Positions 51,105-60,413 of a stretch of 63,351 nucleotides of DNA are shown one piece after another. The translations under genes and the position numbers were made by a program. The stretch comes from an uncultured virus (IMG/VR IMGVR_UViG_2718217648_000002). Lineage: Duplodnaviria > Heunggongvirae > Uroviricota > Caudoviricetes. Where the stretch lies: the IMG/VR virus record IMGVR_UViG_2718217648_000002, positions 62,001-125,351 of that record. One strand, given 5' to 3'. Numbering within the stretch: position 1 is the first letter of the stretch; every line of letters begins with the position of its first letter. Under the pieces are notes generated by a model. It had not been told where the DNA came from. It worked only from the letters and a program-made list of their open reading frames with translations, and searched no databases.

Positions 51105-51719
51105 ATGGGGAAAATGGATGAAGTAATTGTTGTAGCACCTAGAGATAAAGTATTTGATAATGAAGAACTAGTCTTTCAAGGAATTGAATCTGATCTAGGC
51201 AAGGTTGATCAAATAATCGAAAATCTCGCTGAAAGCATGATCACTATGAATAGGGGAGATGCTGAGAGGGATCAAAGCTGTAAGCAACCAATTCCCTATG
51301 CCATTTTACAAAAAGGAGACCGAGTATTTGCATACGAGCGGTTAAGAAAAAGCGGGGAAAAGAGGCTTCATGATCAATTATCAATTGGTGTTGGCGGGCA
51401 CATGAATTTAACTGAAGCAACAAATTTTTGGGAAGCTATTGATGAGAACTTAAGGAGAGAGCTTTCAGAAGAGGTGTTTATCTCAACTTCCAATTTAAAT
51501 TTAGAAGTTGTGGGGTTGATAAACGATGACTTAAATGAAGTGGGGAAAGTTCATTTAGGCATAATGATTATTGTTAAACTGCCTGAAAATGCAGAGGTAT
51601 CTGTAAGAGAAACAGATCAATTAAAAGGCTTTTGGTTAAATAAACAAGATTTTGATAATCCATTAGTATTTAATCGTTTAGAATCTTGGTCTAAATACGT
51701 GGCAGATATTATTTATTAG
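51105..51719 (+). CDS. NUDIX-family phosphoesterase
   Basis: KQPIPY, GE.RLH..SIGVGGH, RELSEE, VGKVHLG. Confidence 0.85.
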   Translation: MGKMDEVIVVAPRDKVFDNEELVFQGIESDLGKVDQIIENLAESMITMNRGDAERDQSCKQPIPYAILQKGDRVFAYERLRKSGEKRLHDQLSIGVGGHMNLTEATNFWEAIDENLRRELSEEVFISTSNLNLEVVGLINDDLNEVGKVHLGIMIIVKLPENAEVSVRETDQLKGFWLNKQDFDNPLVFNRLESWSKYVADIIY

Positions 51720-51828
51720 TTTAAACCCCTGGCTTTGATCATGATGTTTGTCAGTGGAGGGTCTCAGCCAGGGTACAACTTAAAATACTCAAAAAACTCA
51801 ACAATTATGCCTACAAAGGAGATGCTGG

Positions 51829-51993
51829 ATGAAAAAAAGATTACGCAAAAAGGCGTGGATGACAGGGAATATAAAACAGGGCGAATTCATGTTTAATGTA
51901 ATTGATAAGGTAAATGCAGATGGACATGTATATTATCCAAAAGGACACTATCATGTAGACAGGAAAGGGAATATGTACAAGTTCAAAATTTAG
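51829..51993 (+). CDS. 54-aa basic protein
   Basis: AAGGAG RBS; MKKRLRKK... Confidence 0.55.
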   Translation: MKKRLRKKAWMTGNIKQGEFMFNVIDKVNADGHVYYPKGHYHVDRKGNMYKFKI

Positions 51994-52115
51994 AAACAAG
52001 CGAAATTGTGATGACTAAAGTTGATAAAGATCTTAGGGATACCAAAGGGTGTCGATTGAACGAACATCTCTATAAAAGAAGACTTTTATTTAAAATAAAG
52101 AGGAGGAAACAGACC

Positions 52116-52316
52116 ATAAACAATAACAGTCATAAAGATTTGCAAGCAAAGTATGATGATATGCTCTTCAGAAACGGACTTTGTTTGGGGTTTATTCAAA
52201 AACAAGGGCTTGCAGATGTGTTTTTGGAGCATATGAAACAAGTTGCAGCTTATGAAGAAGACCAAAGGTATAGAGTTGCAGCAGTTAATTTTTTGAGTTT
52301 ATTAGAATCAAATTAA
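52116..52316 (+). CDS. Hypothetical protein (probable ATA start)
   Basis: GAGGAGG RBS precedes ATA AAC in the 52008..52316 frame. Confidence 0.55.
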   Translation: MNNNSHKDLQAKYDDMLFRNGLCLGFIQKQGLADVFLEHMKQVAAYEEDQRYRVAAVNFLSLLESN

Positions 52317-52330
52317 AACAAAAAGGAGAT

Positions 52331-52645
52331 TTGAAAATGAAAATTTCAATTAAAACAAGGCTAAATCCTACTGATCAATATAAGGTTGACGACTTTATTA
52401 ATGCATTTAAGAACTTGCCGCCAGAAATAAGAATTCAGCTTTCTATGGACAACGGGAACAGTTGGCTGTTAGAACAAGTGTCAGTGAAAACAGAAAGAAT
52501 CCTTCTTGATTGTTTACAAGAAGAAATTAAAAATATTGATAATCACCCTCTTTATTCTCATGCCACTTCATTAGGGCAAACTGTATTCCACAATACTCAT
52601 GAAATTGTCGATGTTGTCAAAGAGTATGTGAAGAAAAATGGATAA
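52331..52645 (+). CDS. Hypothetical phage protein
   Basis: ORF with AAGGAG RBS. Confidence 0.65.
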   Translation: MKMKISIKTRLNPTDQYKVDDFINAFKNLPPEIRIQLSMDNGNSWLLEQVSVKTERILLDCLQEEIKNIDNHPLYSHATSLGQTVFHNTHEIVDVVKEYVKKNG

Positions 52646-52937
52646 ACATATAGAGAAAATACAAGCCCATCTAAAAGAAATAGAAAATTTTAAACAAGGC
52701 CTCCAATTATTCAGTGAAGATGAAGAAGAATACATAAGCTTATTAGCTAAGATTCAACATCAGTTTGATTTAATTTCAGACGAATCAATGGAAGGGTTTA
52801 AAGAATTAACTTTACATATAAGAAATACAGGTCAGAAAAGAATCCAACGGAGAATTGATCAGTTACCTCACACAATCAAAGAAAGTGTAAGTGAAGAAAT
52901 TAAAGACATGAAGAGAGCCGGCGAGCTTTTTGATTGA
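52638..52937 (+). CDS. Hypothetical phage protein
   Basis: Overlapping ORF in operon. Confidence 0.65.
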   Translation: MDKHIEKIQAHLKEIENFKQGLQLFSEDEEEYISLLAKIQHQFDLISDESMEGFKELTLHIRNTGQKRIQRRIDQLPHTIKESVSEEIKDMKRAGELFD

Positions 52938-53039
52938 TATTTAAATTTTAAACATGGCTATATAAACAGTGACAAGTATCGATTGGGTGTGAACTTAAAT
53001 ACAATACATTGAAAACTGTGAAGAACTGGAGGTTTTAAT

Positions 53040-53222
53040 GTGTTTAGACAATATCCAATATGGTACACACCGTCGCTGCATACTTTGAATTACTTGCCAC
53101 AATTTACACCATACATTGCCCACTTTAATAGTGCTGAACGATGTTTTCAACGATGTATGTACCAAACGCATGGCAATGTTGAATGGTGCCATAGAAACTG
53201 CTACGACCCGATCTATCAATAA
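53040..53222 (+). CDS. 60-aa Tyr/Pro/Cys-rich small protein
   Basis: GGAGG RBS; CxxxC...CxxxC; followed by hairpin about 53231-53259. Confidence 0.65.
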   Translation: MFRQYPIWYTPSLHTLNYLPQFTPYIAHFNSAERCFQRCMYQTHGNVEWCHRNCYDPIYQ

Positions 53223-53281
53223 ATTTAACCAGAGCAGTTGGATTTAATTCCTCTGCTCTAAAAAATAAAATAGGGGGATGT

Positions 53282-53698
53282 ATTATAATTACATACTTTA
53301 CGTTAATACTTGCAGCATACTTATTTGCACTAAACATTAATGAAATTAGATTAATTACTCGAGGGGAACAGAACGTATACGCTAAAGTCACACATTTGCT
53401 TTCTAACTCACCATATAAAGAACTGAAGAAGAATAAGAACTTAGTGTATGTCATGACATTGTTCAAGGGGATTTCGTTCATTATCCCCTTGGCTACTATT
53501 GGACTGATTACGCATGGTAACTTGCTAATGTTAGCTTGAACAGCTTTTGCTTTAATATATACCGGTTTAACAATGTTTAAAATTCTTGATGTTTTGGACG
53601 GTGACTCAAACAATAAACAAAACAAGTTCGTGTACATGCTTTTTGTTTGCGGTAATATTGTCTTCGTGGTTAACTTTATTATCAGTTGGTTTAGATAA
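53282..53698 (+). pseudogene. Multi-TM membrane protein with in-frame TGA at 53537
   Basis: GGGGG RBS, ATT start, hydrophobic frame continuing past a single stop to TAA 53696. Confidence 0.55.
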
Positions 53699-53712
53699 AG
53701 GAGAATAGAATT

Positions 53713-54552
53713 ATGACTCAGTTTGATATGCAGTACAACACAATCATAAATGACATAATTAATAATGGGGCATCTGACGAAGAATTCGATGTCAGAACCA
53801 AGTGGGATACAGATGGAACACCAGCACATACATTAAGTGTAATCAGTAAGCAAATGCGCTTTGATAATTCCGAAGTACCGATTTTAACGACTAAAAAAGT
53901 TGCTTGGAAAACGGCAATCAGAGAATTACTTTGGATATGGCAGCTTAAATCAAATGATGTTGACGAATTAAACAAGATGGGCGTACATATCTGGGATCAA
54001 TGGAAACAAGAAGACGGTACAATCGGCAAAGCATATGGATATCAGCTTGGTAAGAAGAACAGAATGCTAAACGGTGAAAAGGTTGACCAGGTTGATTATC
54101 TTCTTCATCAGTTGAAAAATAATCCATCATCACGCAGACATATTACAACGCTTTGGAATCCTGATGAATTAGACTCAATGGCATTGACTCCCTGTGTCTA
54201 TGGTACTCAATGGCTTGTAAAAGGCGGGAAGTTGCATTTAGAAGTTTTCTGTCGCAGTAATGATCTCGCACTCGGGAATCCGTTTAATGTGTTCCAGTAC
54301 AATGTATTGCAGCGTATGATTGCTCAAGTTACTGGCTATGAGCTAGGTGAGTATATCTTCAATATCGGAGACTGTCATGTATATACTCGTCATATAGACA
54401 ATTTAAAGATTCAAATGGACAGAGAGCAGTATGAAGCACCTGAGTTATGGATTAATCCAGATGTAAAAGATTTTTATGATTTCACAATTGATGATTTCAA
54501 ATTGGTTAATTATAAGCATGGAGACAAGCTTTACTTTGAGGTAGCAGTATAA
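53713..54552 (+). CDS. thyA: Thymidylate synthase (ThyP3/ThyA type)
   Basis: PILTTK, ELLW, AYG.Q, SRR, LTPC, RSND..LG.PFN, HVY. Confidence 0.95.
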   Translation: MTQFDMQYNTIINDIINNGASDEEFDVRTKWDTDGTPAHTLSVISKQMRFDNSEVPILTTKKVAWKTAIRELLWIWQLKSNDVDELNKMGVHIWDQWKQEDGTIGKAYGYQLGKKNRMLNGEKVDQVDYLLHQLKNNPSSRRHITTLWNPDELDSMALTPCVYGTQWLVKGGKLHLEVFCRSNDLALGNPFNVFQYNVLQRMIAQVTGYELGEYIFNIGDCHVYTRHIDNLKIQMDREQYEAPELWINPDVKDFYDFTIDDFKLVNYKHGDKLYFEVAV

Positions 54553-55058
54553 TGCTATCTCTTATTGCTTGCTGCGATAAATCAATGGCCATTGGGTATG
54601 AAAATAATTTGCTTTACCATATTCCTGAAGACATGAAACGTTTTAAAGAACTCACTACAGGAAAGTTGTGTATTCAGGGGAGACTTACATACGCTTCAAT
54701 CGTAAACATTACAAGAAAGCCACTTCAGAACCGAAAGAATATCATATTGACTAAAAATAAGGATTTCAAGCCTGATCACTCTTCATTTGTTTATCATTCG
54801 ATTGATGATGTATTAAAGCTTATAAGAGGACAATTGGATAAAGATGAAGAAGTAATGGTAATTGGAGGAGGTGCTATATACGAGGCATTCTTACCACATG
54901 CTGATAAGGTTTATTTGACGATTGTTGATTCAGTTGCTGAGAAGGCAGATTCATATTTTCCCAGGTTAAATGATGACTGGAGAGTAATTGAAAAGGATCA
55001 CAGGAAAGCAGACAACAATACCACATTTAATTATTCATTTGTGACTTACTCAAAATAA
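54552..55058 (+). CDS. dfrA: Dihydrofolate reductase
   Basis: LIAC..AIG..N.L, EDMKRFK, PL.NR.NI, IGGG.IY. Confidence 0.93.
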   Translation: MLSLIACCDKSMAIGYENNLLYHIPEDMKRFKELTTGKLCIQGRLTYASIVNITRKPLQNRKNIILTKNKDFKPDHSSFVYHSIDDVLKLIRGQLDKDEEVMVIGGGAIYEAFLPHADKVYLTIVDSVAEKADSYFPRLNDDWRVIEKDHRKADNNTTFNYSFVTYSK

Positions 55059-55063
55059 TTTTA

Positions 55064-55142
55064 GAATAAAAATAAAATAGTTATAGACTTTTTAGAAGTT
55101 GAATGATAAGATAAAGACAAGTTAAAAGCTTGTCTTTTTTTT
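55064..55142 (+). promoter_or_regulatory. SPBRE-associated promoter overlapping the thyA-dfr terminator
   Basis: Motif 55064; TAGACT 55084, 17 bp, TAAGAT 55107; AAAGACAAG/CTTGTCTTT hairpin plus T-run 55114-55142. Confidence 0.65.
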
Positions 55143-55187
55143 ACATACTTTTAGAATAAAAATAAAATAATAAATAGGAGTGGCGAT

Positions 55188-55553
55188 ATGAAAACTGCAA
55201 CAGATTATCTTGTTTCCATTTCCAAACCTCTTGTTGCAATTGAGGAGACTAAACAACGACTTCAAAATGAAATTGATAACCTTTATAAAGAGCTAGGGAA
55301 AGTTGATAAAGAGCTCAATGAATTTTATCACAAGCTAGAAGAGGACAAATTTAATGCTTCAGAGGGATATCACCTTTCGTTGAAAGGTCAAAAGATATTG
55401 AGAAAGCGAAGAAGCTTAAAACAAGAGCTCCAATTACTGAACACGCTTTTCGGAAGTTTAAACAATAATGGATGGACTCTTGAATCACTGAAGATTGCAG
55501 AATATAAAATTAGCAAAAAGAAAAACAAGCATTTACAGTATGAATCGGTTTAA
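55188..55553 (+). CDS. Coiled-coil phage protein
   Basis: YH.LE...FNASEGY motif. Confidence 0.75.
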   Translation: MKTATDYLVSISKPLVAIEETKQRLQNEIDNLYKELGKVDKELNEFYHKLEEDKFNASEGYHLSLKGQKILRKRRSLKQELQLLNTLFGSLNNNGWTLESLKIAEYKISKKKNKHLQYESV

Positions 55554-55604
55554 AAACAAGCCTACATAATTAAATAAAAAAGAGAGGGAAGCCCTCTCAA
55601 TGTA

Positions 55605-56135
55605 TTAGTAATTATAATCCCAATAAACATCAACATTAACTTTTACTTGAGCTACACTGTCATTGTTATGTGCTCGGACATACAATTGTTTTCCTGAAAT
55701 AAGTGATGTGTTTACGCTAAATACTTTGTAAAATTGTTCACTAATATAATTTCCGCCACTCGGTGTAACAGAAGCCAGCACAGTGCCATCTGACTTCATT
55801 AATTCATAAGTCACATTTGCACTTCTACTTCCTGTCCCTGTTGACCATTGTTTCCCCATGATGGAAATCTTGGTTACGTTGTTTGGTGTAAAGCTAGTGA
55901 CTACTGTTGCGTAAGATGCAGGGCCTGAAGTAGATCTACCTATGTTGACTTCACCAACACCATTTTTAACGTGAGTATCAGTCCCAAGAGCATGAAAACT
56001 ACCGGTGTTTGTTAAGACCTCAAGATTATTTTGAGGGGCGGCAACCGGCTCACTTTTAGCAGTAGCATTCGCTGACGCAGCTACACCAGTAAGACCAATA
56101 GTTGAAACTAATAAAGCAATTGCTGTTTTCTTCAT
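55605..56135 (-). CDS. Secreted beta-rich protein (moron)
   Basis: Sec signal MKKTAIALL...ANA; own -10 TATAAT; hairpin about 55582-55598. Confidence 0.75.
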   Translation of the reverse strand: MKKTAIALLVSTIGLTGVAASANATAKSEPVAAPQNNLEVLTNTGSFHALGTDTHVKNGVGEVNIGRSTSGPASYATVVTSFTPNNVTKISIMGKQWSTGTGSRSANVTYELMKSDGTVLASVTPSGGNYISEQFYKVFSVNTSLISGKQLYVRAHNNDSVAQVKVNVDVYWDYNY

Positions 56136-56281
56136 TAAAAGCATCTCCCTTGGTTTAGGTATGTAATACAACTATATTATAACAATTAATTTTGAAATAA
56201 ATGGAGAATGTTGTGAATATATGGTGAATTTTCTGAATGGAGTGTGAATTTCTTCGGTGAGAACTTTAAGGAGGTGATATA

Positions 56282-56602
56282 TTGCAACAAAAAGAGCAAG
56301 AATTGCTGTCAAAGAAAGAACAGCTTGAAATTGATGTTTTAGAAAAGGAAGCAGCTTTACTCCGGCTAGAAGTGGAACAAGAAGATTCCAATCTCCACAA
56401 AATTGGGGAGATCGGTGTACTTAAAGAATTTCTTTTATACATAAAGAAATACAGATCAATGTTTACTGTGCAGCAAGCAGAAGAATTTAGAAATATGGAT
56501 GACCGAATGAAAGAAATCATCAAAGTCCAGGTTGGACAAGTAATGGTTGATGAAGAAGCTTTAGAGGGATTTATTGAGGAAATTGAGAATCAAATTAATT
56601 GA
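56282..56602 (+). CDS. Hypothetical phage protein
   Basis: GGAGGTG RBS. Confidence 0.7.
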   Translation: MQQKEQELLSKKEQLEIDVLEKEAALLRLEVEQEDSNLHKIGEIGVLKEFLLYIKKYRSMFTVQQAEEFRNMDDRMKEIIKVQVGQVMVDEEALEGFIEEIENQIN

Positions 56603-56618
56603 AAGTGGGAGATGAGGA

Positions 56619-56954
56619 ATGAATGAAAAATTAACGAAAGATCAACTCGAAGAAATCCGTCAACGTATGGAAGCGACAACCAAAGGATTTTGGCATGCAA
56701 ACATTCACCATGAATGGCCAGGGAACGAAAATCTTCGTTATTGGATAGTTACTCTTGAGGATGGTTTAGCAGCTGCAGTAACTAAAGAAGACGCGGACTT
56801 CATCGCAAACGCTCGGCAAGACATTCCTAGGCTTCTCGATTATATAACTGAGCTTGAAAGGAAACTTCAGAAAAAAGAATATGAACTTACAGAGTGTAAT
56901 CGTGTCTATTTAGAGCTGTTGAGTAAACAAGAGTTCAAAACAACTGAAATCTAA
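56619..56954 (+). CDS. Hypothetical phage protein
   Basis: AT.G.W ... DADFIANARQDIPRLL motif common in phages. Confidence 0.75.
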   Translation: MNEKLTKDQLEEIRQRMEATTKGFWHANIHHEWPGNENLRYWIVTLEDGLAAAVTKEDADFIANARQDIPRLLDYITELERKLQKKEYELTECNRVYLELLSKQEFKTTEI

Positions 56955-57093
56955 GTAAAATCTGTATTTTAAAGAGAAGGTGATGCAGTGAAAGAGTCGT
57001 TGAAGAATGATTTTCAAGAGTTTATGAGTATTGCAAAAAGCTTTCTTGCTGTTTCTGGAGCAGTCTTTTGGTTATTGATAATTTCACTCGTTT

Positions 57094-57300
57094 TTGCTGG
57101 GGGCTATTAAAATGAATCAATCATATAAAGTTAGTCTAGAAAAATTACCAATTGAAAGCTTAGAGAGACTGAAAACAGACATACAAAATAGAATTAATGA
57201 TGGATTGCGTACCGATAACAATGCATACATAAAAGACCAAAGAAGAAAACTTCAAATCGTTTTAAACGAGCTGGTTAGACGAAGTACATTTGTTCACTAA
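57094..57300 (+). CDS. Hypothetical phage protein (start probably ATG 57112)
   Basis: ORF in operon. Confidence 0.6.
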   Translation: MLGAIKMNQSYKVSLEKLPIESLERLKTDIQNRINDGLRTDNNAYIKDQRRKLQIVLNELVRRSTFVH

Positions 57301-57314
57301 AGGAGGTGAATACA

Positions 57315-57353
57315 ATGCCAGTAGTACTTTATGGATTTGGAAGAGGAGCATAA
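57315..57353 (+). CDS. Micro-ORF MPVVLYGFGRGA ending in arbitrium-type hexapeptide GFGRGA
   Basis: Perfect RBS AAGGAGGTG 57300-57308; ATG..GGA TTT GGA AGA GGA GCA TAA. Confidence 0.7.
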   Translation: MPVVLYGFGRGA

Positions 57354-57376
57354 AAAGAGAGGGGAGTAATCCCCTC
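57352..57376. terminator. Hairpin between micro-ORF and sspC
   Basis: AAAAA...GAGGGGA-gtaa-TCCCCTC. Confidence 0.7.
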
Positions 57377-57381
57377 ATACA

Positions 57382-57594
57382 TTAATGAAATTGGCCATTC
57401 ATGCTTTGTTGGGCTAGGCGAACTAAACGTTTTGTGATTTCTCCACCTACTGAACCGTTTGCTCGGCTAGTTGTCTCAGGCCCTAAGTTCACACCGAACT
57501 CAGAAGCAATTTCATACTTCATTTGTTCAAGGGCACCAGCAGCTTGAGGCACAAGTAATTCATTGCTGTTGTTTGATCTGTTTTGTTGAGCCAT
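57382..57594 (-). CDS. sspC: Alpha/beta-type small acid-soluble spore protein
   Basis: [30 protein letters not shown]. Confidence 0.93.
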   Translation of the reverse strand: MAQQNRSNNSNELLVPQAAGALEQMKYEIASEFGVNLGPETTSRANGSVGGEITKRLVRLAQQSMNGQFH

Positions 57595-57638
57595 ATGATC
57601 ATCTCCTAAAGTTGTATGTAAACAAGCTTGTTCAATTG

Positions 57639-57667
57639 TATTGTGTGGAGATGTTTTGTAAATATAC
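57639..57667 (-). promoter_or_regulatory. sigmaG-type promoter of sspC
   Basis: Minus strand GTATA-17-CACAATA. Confidence 0.7.
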
Positions 57668-57694
57668 ACATTAATTTAAAGTGAGGGGATTTAA

Positions 57695-57718
57695 ATGTCA
57701 ATTGGTCATGGAGCATGA
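57695..57718 (+). CDS. Micro-ORF MSIGHGA (arbitrium-type hexapeptide SIGHGA after Met removal)
   Basis: RBS GAGGGG 57683-57688; ATG TCA ATT GGT CAT GGA GCA TGA. Confidence 0.65.
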   Translation: MSIGHGA

Positions 57719-57752
57719 ATTAACACGTACTTAAACAAAGAAGGGGGATAAA

Positions 57753-58583
57753 ATGAAAATCGATTATGTTTCAGATCTGCATATTAATCACTGGATACCT
57801 TGGGACAATGACCAAATTAAATGGGAAAGGCGAACAAGGGAGATTATTAGAAGGCTGATATCGAATGGAAATGGAGAGGTATTAATCATTGCCGGTGATT
57901 TTACTGAGTGGAATCAACAGACACTGTGGGTACTTGATGAAGTAGCAAAGCAGTATGAAAAGGTTTACTTCACATATGGTAATCATGATCTTTATTTACT
58001 CAGTAAAAATCAGCAACGAAAATATTCCGATTCATTGGGAAGGGTGAATGATTTAATTCAGAAGGCTACAGACATCAATAATGTCACTCCATTAATAAAG
58101 TCTACGGATACATACAAAGGGAAAGTCTTTGCAGGAGATGTTATGTGGTATCTTCCAAAAGGAAATGAAGGATGGGATTTCTTCAAAGGTGTCTCTAATG
58201 ATTCAAACTATATCAGCCTTAATGGATACAGCAAAGAAGATGGGGTACGAGCAATGTGGAAAGAATCAATGGGCTGGTATGACACTCTTGAAAACTCTCA
58301 CATTGATGTATTTGTCTCACATGTTCCACCTGTTCACAATCCTTATTCTCCGTTTGAGCCTAACAGCTGCTATATGGTTGATGTCCCGTTCATTAACGCA
58401 AAACATTGGGTTTGTGGTCATGATCATTTACAAGCTGAGTTTGACAATGATGGAACGAGCTTTCACATGAACTGCATTGGATATCCATATGACTATGATA
58501 TGTATCCTAGAGTAAATGAGATACCAGGTAAGCAAGTTGATACGTATAAAACGTTTGAGCTGAAGACATTTGAAATCAAATGA
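57753..58583 (+). CDS. yotB: Calcineurin-like metallophosphoesterase
   Basis: SDLH, AGD, GNHD, SH.PP, GHDH. Confidence 0.85.
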   Translation: MKIDYVSDLHINHWIPWDNDQIKWERRTREIIRRLISNGNGEVLIIAGDFTEWNQQTLWVLDEVAKQYEKVYFTYGNHDLYLLSKNQQRKYSDSLGRVNDLIQKATDINNVTPLIKSTDTYKGKVFAGDVMWYLPKGNEGWDFFKGVSNDSNYISLNGYSKEDGVRAMWKESMGWYDTLENSHIDVFVSHVPPVHNPYSPFEPNSCYMVDVPFINAKHWVCGHDHLQAEFDNDGTSFHMNCIGYPYDYDMYPRVNEIPGKQVDTYKTFELKTFEIK

Positions 58584-58616
58584 AATTCTAATTTTATACA
58601 GAAGGGAGAAAGTAAA

Positions 58617-58829
58617 ATGTCTAATGTGAAAATTAAATATGTTACAGACTGTCATGACAAAGAGTTTACATTAAATAAAAAATATGATTTTCGTATAACC
58701 GATGATGGTATTGAAATCATTGATGATTTAGGTGAAGAACATATCATTGCAACTAAAGACAATGAATATGGGGCTTATGAACACGATGAATTTTTCAGAT
58801 CAAGATTTGAATTTGTTGATACTGAATAA
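58617..58829 (+). CDS. Hypothetical phage protein
   Basis: ORF between two junction motifs. Confidence 0.7.
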   Translation: MSNVKIKYVTDCHDKEFTLNKKYDFRITDDGIEIIDDLGEEHIIATKDNEYGAYEHDEFFRSRFEFVDTE

Positions 58830-58861
58830 AATGTTGATTTCATTTAGAAGGGATAAGTTCA

Positions 58862-59017
58862 ATGAAAGAGATTGAATTTGATGAAGTTAAGAAATTTGTT
58901 GAAGTAATGTCTAGAGAATTTAGATCAACAAAGATGATGAAAATTAAAATTAGCTATGCTGAATGGTTAGTTGATGAAGTTGAACGATTAAGGGGGTTAG
59001 TCAAAAGTGAGCAATAG
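58862..59017 (+). CDS. 51-aa hypothetical protein
   Basis: MKEIEFDEV...WLVDEVERL. Confidence 0.55.
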   Translation: MKEIEFDEVKKFVEVMSREFRSTKMMKIKISYAEWLVDEVERLRGLVKSEQ

Positions 59018-59552
59018 TTTAGAGAGAAAGATTAATATTCATTTCAGTAATGGCTCACATATCGAGTCTAAACAACTTTCTAATAAACTAAGGGGGTACA
59101 ATAGCAATTTCTTATGGGAGCAAATGCAAGAGAGTATCACAAAGGAACTTAAATGGTGGGGAGTCACTCTAACTGGAAATCAGAAAACTGTAAAAGCTTT
59201 AAGTGAGCTAATGACCATTAACAAAACATTGTTTGAGAACCTTTATAAGGTGCAATCAGACACCATAGAAGAGCTTGCAAACAAATTATATGAACAGGTT
59301 CCTGAGTATGAGAAGAAGTTTTTGAAGTTTGTCAATGAACAGATACCTAATCTGAGGATGTGCCTACAGTTCGAGCTACCTTATAATCCTCAACTAATAT
59401 CCAGCATAGAATATGAAATTTACATATCCGGTGCCGAAATTGATTGCGAATACCCACATGATGCTAGGGATTGCATTATTACTTTCTTTCAACGGATACC
59501 AGAAATAATCGGTTCATACAAGGAGGAATTAGATGAAGAATACAGAGTTTAA
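59007..59552 (+). CDS. Hypothetical phage protein
   Basis: ORF in operon. Confidence 0.7.
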   Translation: MSNSLERKINIHFSNGSHIESKQLSNKLRGYNSNFLWEQMQESITKELKWWGVTLTGNQKTVKALSELMTINKTLFENLYKVQSDTIEELANKLYEQVPEYEKKFLKFVNEQIPNLRMCLQFELPYNPQLISSIEYEIYISGAEIDCEYPHDARDCIITFFQRIPEIIGSYKEELDEEYRV

Positions 59553-60081
59553 GGTAACAAGTTTATTAGAGGAGTATAAACGAAGAGATGAGGAACGTAG
59601 GGAATTCATCATTCATGAAGGCTACAGAGCTATCGAAGAGATCATTAAAGAAGTGAACCAAAGAGGATCACTAAATGAAGCAGATATTTATTATGGAACA
59701 CCTAAACCACAGTTAAGCTTCTCGGACGTCGAATTAGGCTACATGCTTACTTCTATGATGGAATATGCTACAAATCATGTTGGAAATCCAGTTGATGAGG
59801 AATGTGAACTTGAAAATAAGCTGGCTTACTTTGAGCATAAGGACGAAATTGTTCAAGTTTTTGAAGTATATGGACAAGGTACTGACAGCTGGTTTTTGAA
59901 ACCAAGTGACGATACCGTTTATAAATTGAATAACACAGCTTACGGAGTGTATTTAAACCAGTTCGATGATTTCATTAATTACACTAAAAATAAAGACAAT
60001 GAGAGTAAAAAGGTTTCTTATGGTACCACGATCTTAAATGACATTGCCGGCGGATATACAGTTGGAAGAGGTTCTAAGTAG
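59533..60081 (+). CDS. Hypothetical phage protein
   Basis: AGGAGG RBS; YGQG motif. Confidence 0.75.
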   Translation: MKNTEFKVTSLLEEYKRRDEERREFIIHEGYRAIEEIIKEVNQRGSLNEADIYYGTPKPQLSFSDVELGYMLTSMMEYATNHVGNPVDEECELENKLAYFEHKDEIVQVFEVYGQGTDSWFLKPSDDTVYKLNNTAYGVYLNQFDDFINYTKNKDNESKKVSYGTTILNDIAGGYTVGRGSK

Positions 60082-60252
60082 ATGATCGTTACAGCTTGGA
60101 TTTTGTTTGTTGCATTTGGGCTTGTTTTGTTAGCAAGAATGGATTCCGAAGGGAATCTTAAATTTGCAGTGTATATTGGTGTAATTAAATTTGTTTCAGT
60201 TTTCATTGTTGCCATTGCAGCAGGAGTGATTTGGGGAGGGTTATTTCAATGA
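60082..60252 (+). CDS. 56-aa membrane protein
   Basis: [14 protein letters not shown]...IWGGLFQ. Confidence 0.6.
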   Translation: MIVTAWILFVAFGLVLLARMDSEGNLKFAVYIGVIKFVSVFIVAIAAGVIWGGLFQ

Positions 60253-60413
60253 TAAAGAGGATTATGAGTTTTAAGTTTGACGACTGGAGACATATTTTCT
60301 ACTTATTAAAAAGTGTAGCGAAGAATTTCTTTAAAGGTGATTTTCATGAAGCGAGCGATGCACTTTATTGGATACGGGTACACTTGTCTTTTGAATCAAA
60401 TAAGGTGAAGTGA
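60249..60413 (+). CDS. Small hypothetical protein
   Basis: ATGA-coupled to previous gene; GGGAGG RBS. Confidence 0.55.
   Translation: MIKRIMSFKFDDWRHIFYLLKSVAKNFFKGDFHEASDALYWIRVHLSFESNKVK

Noticed and set aside
53125..53829. 234-aa minus-strand ORF
   Set aside because: Shadow of the plus-strand membrane pseudogene and the thyA start; no RBS or family signal.
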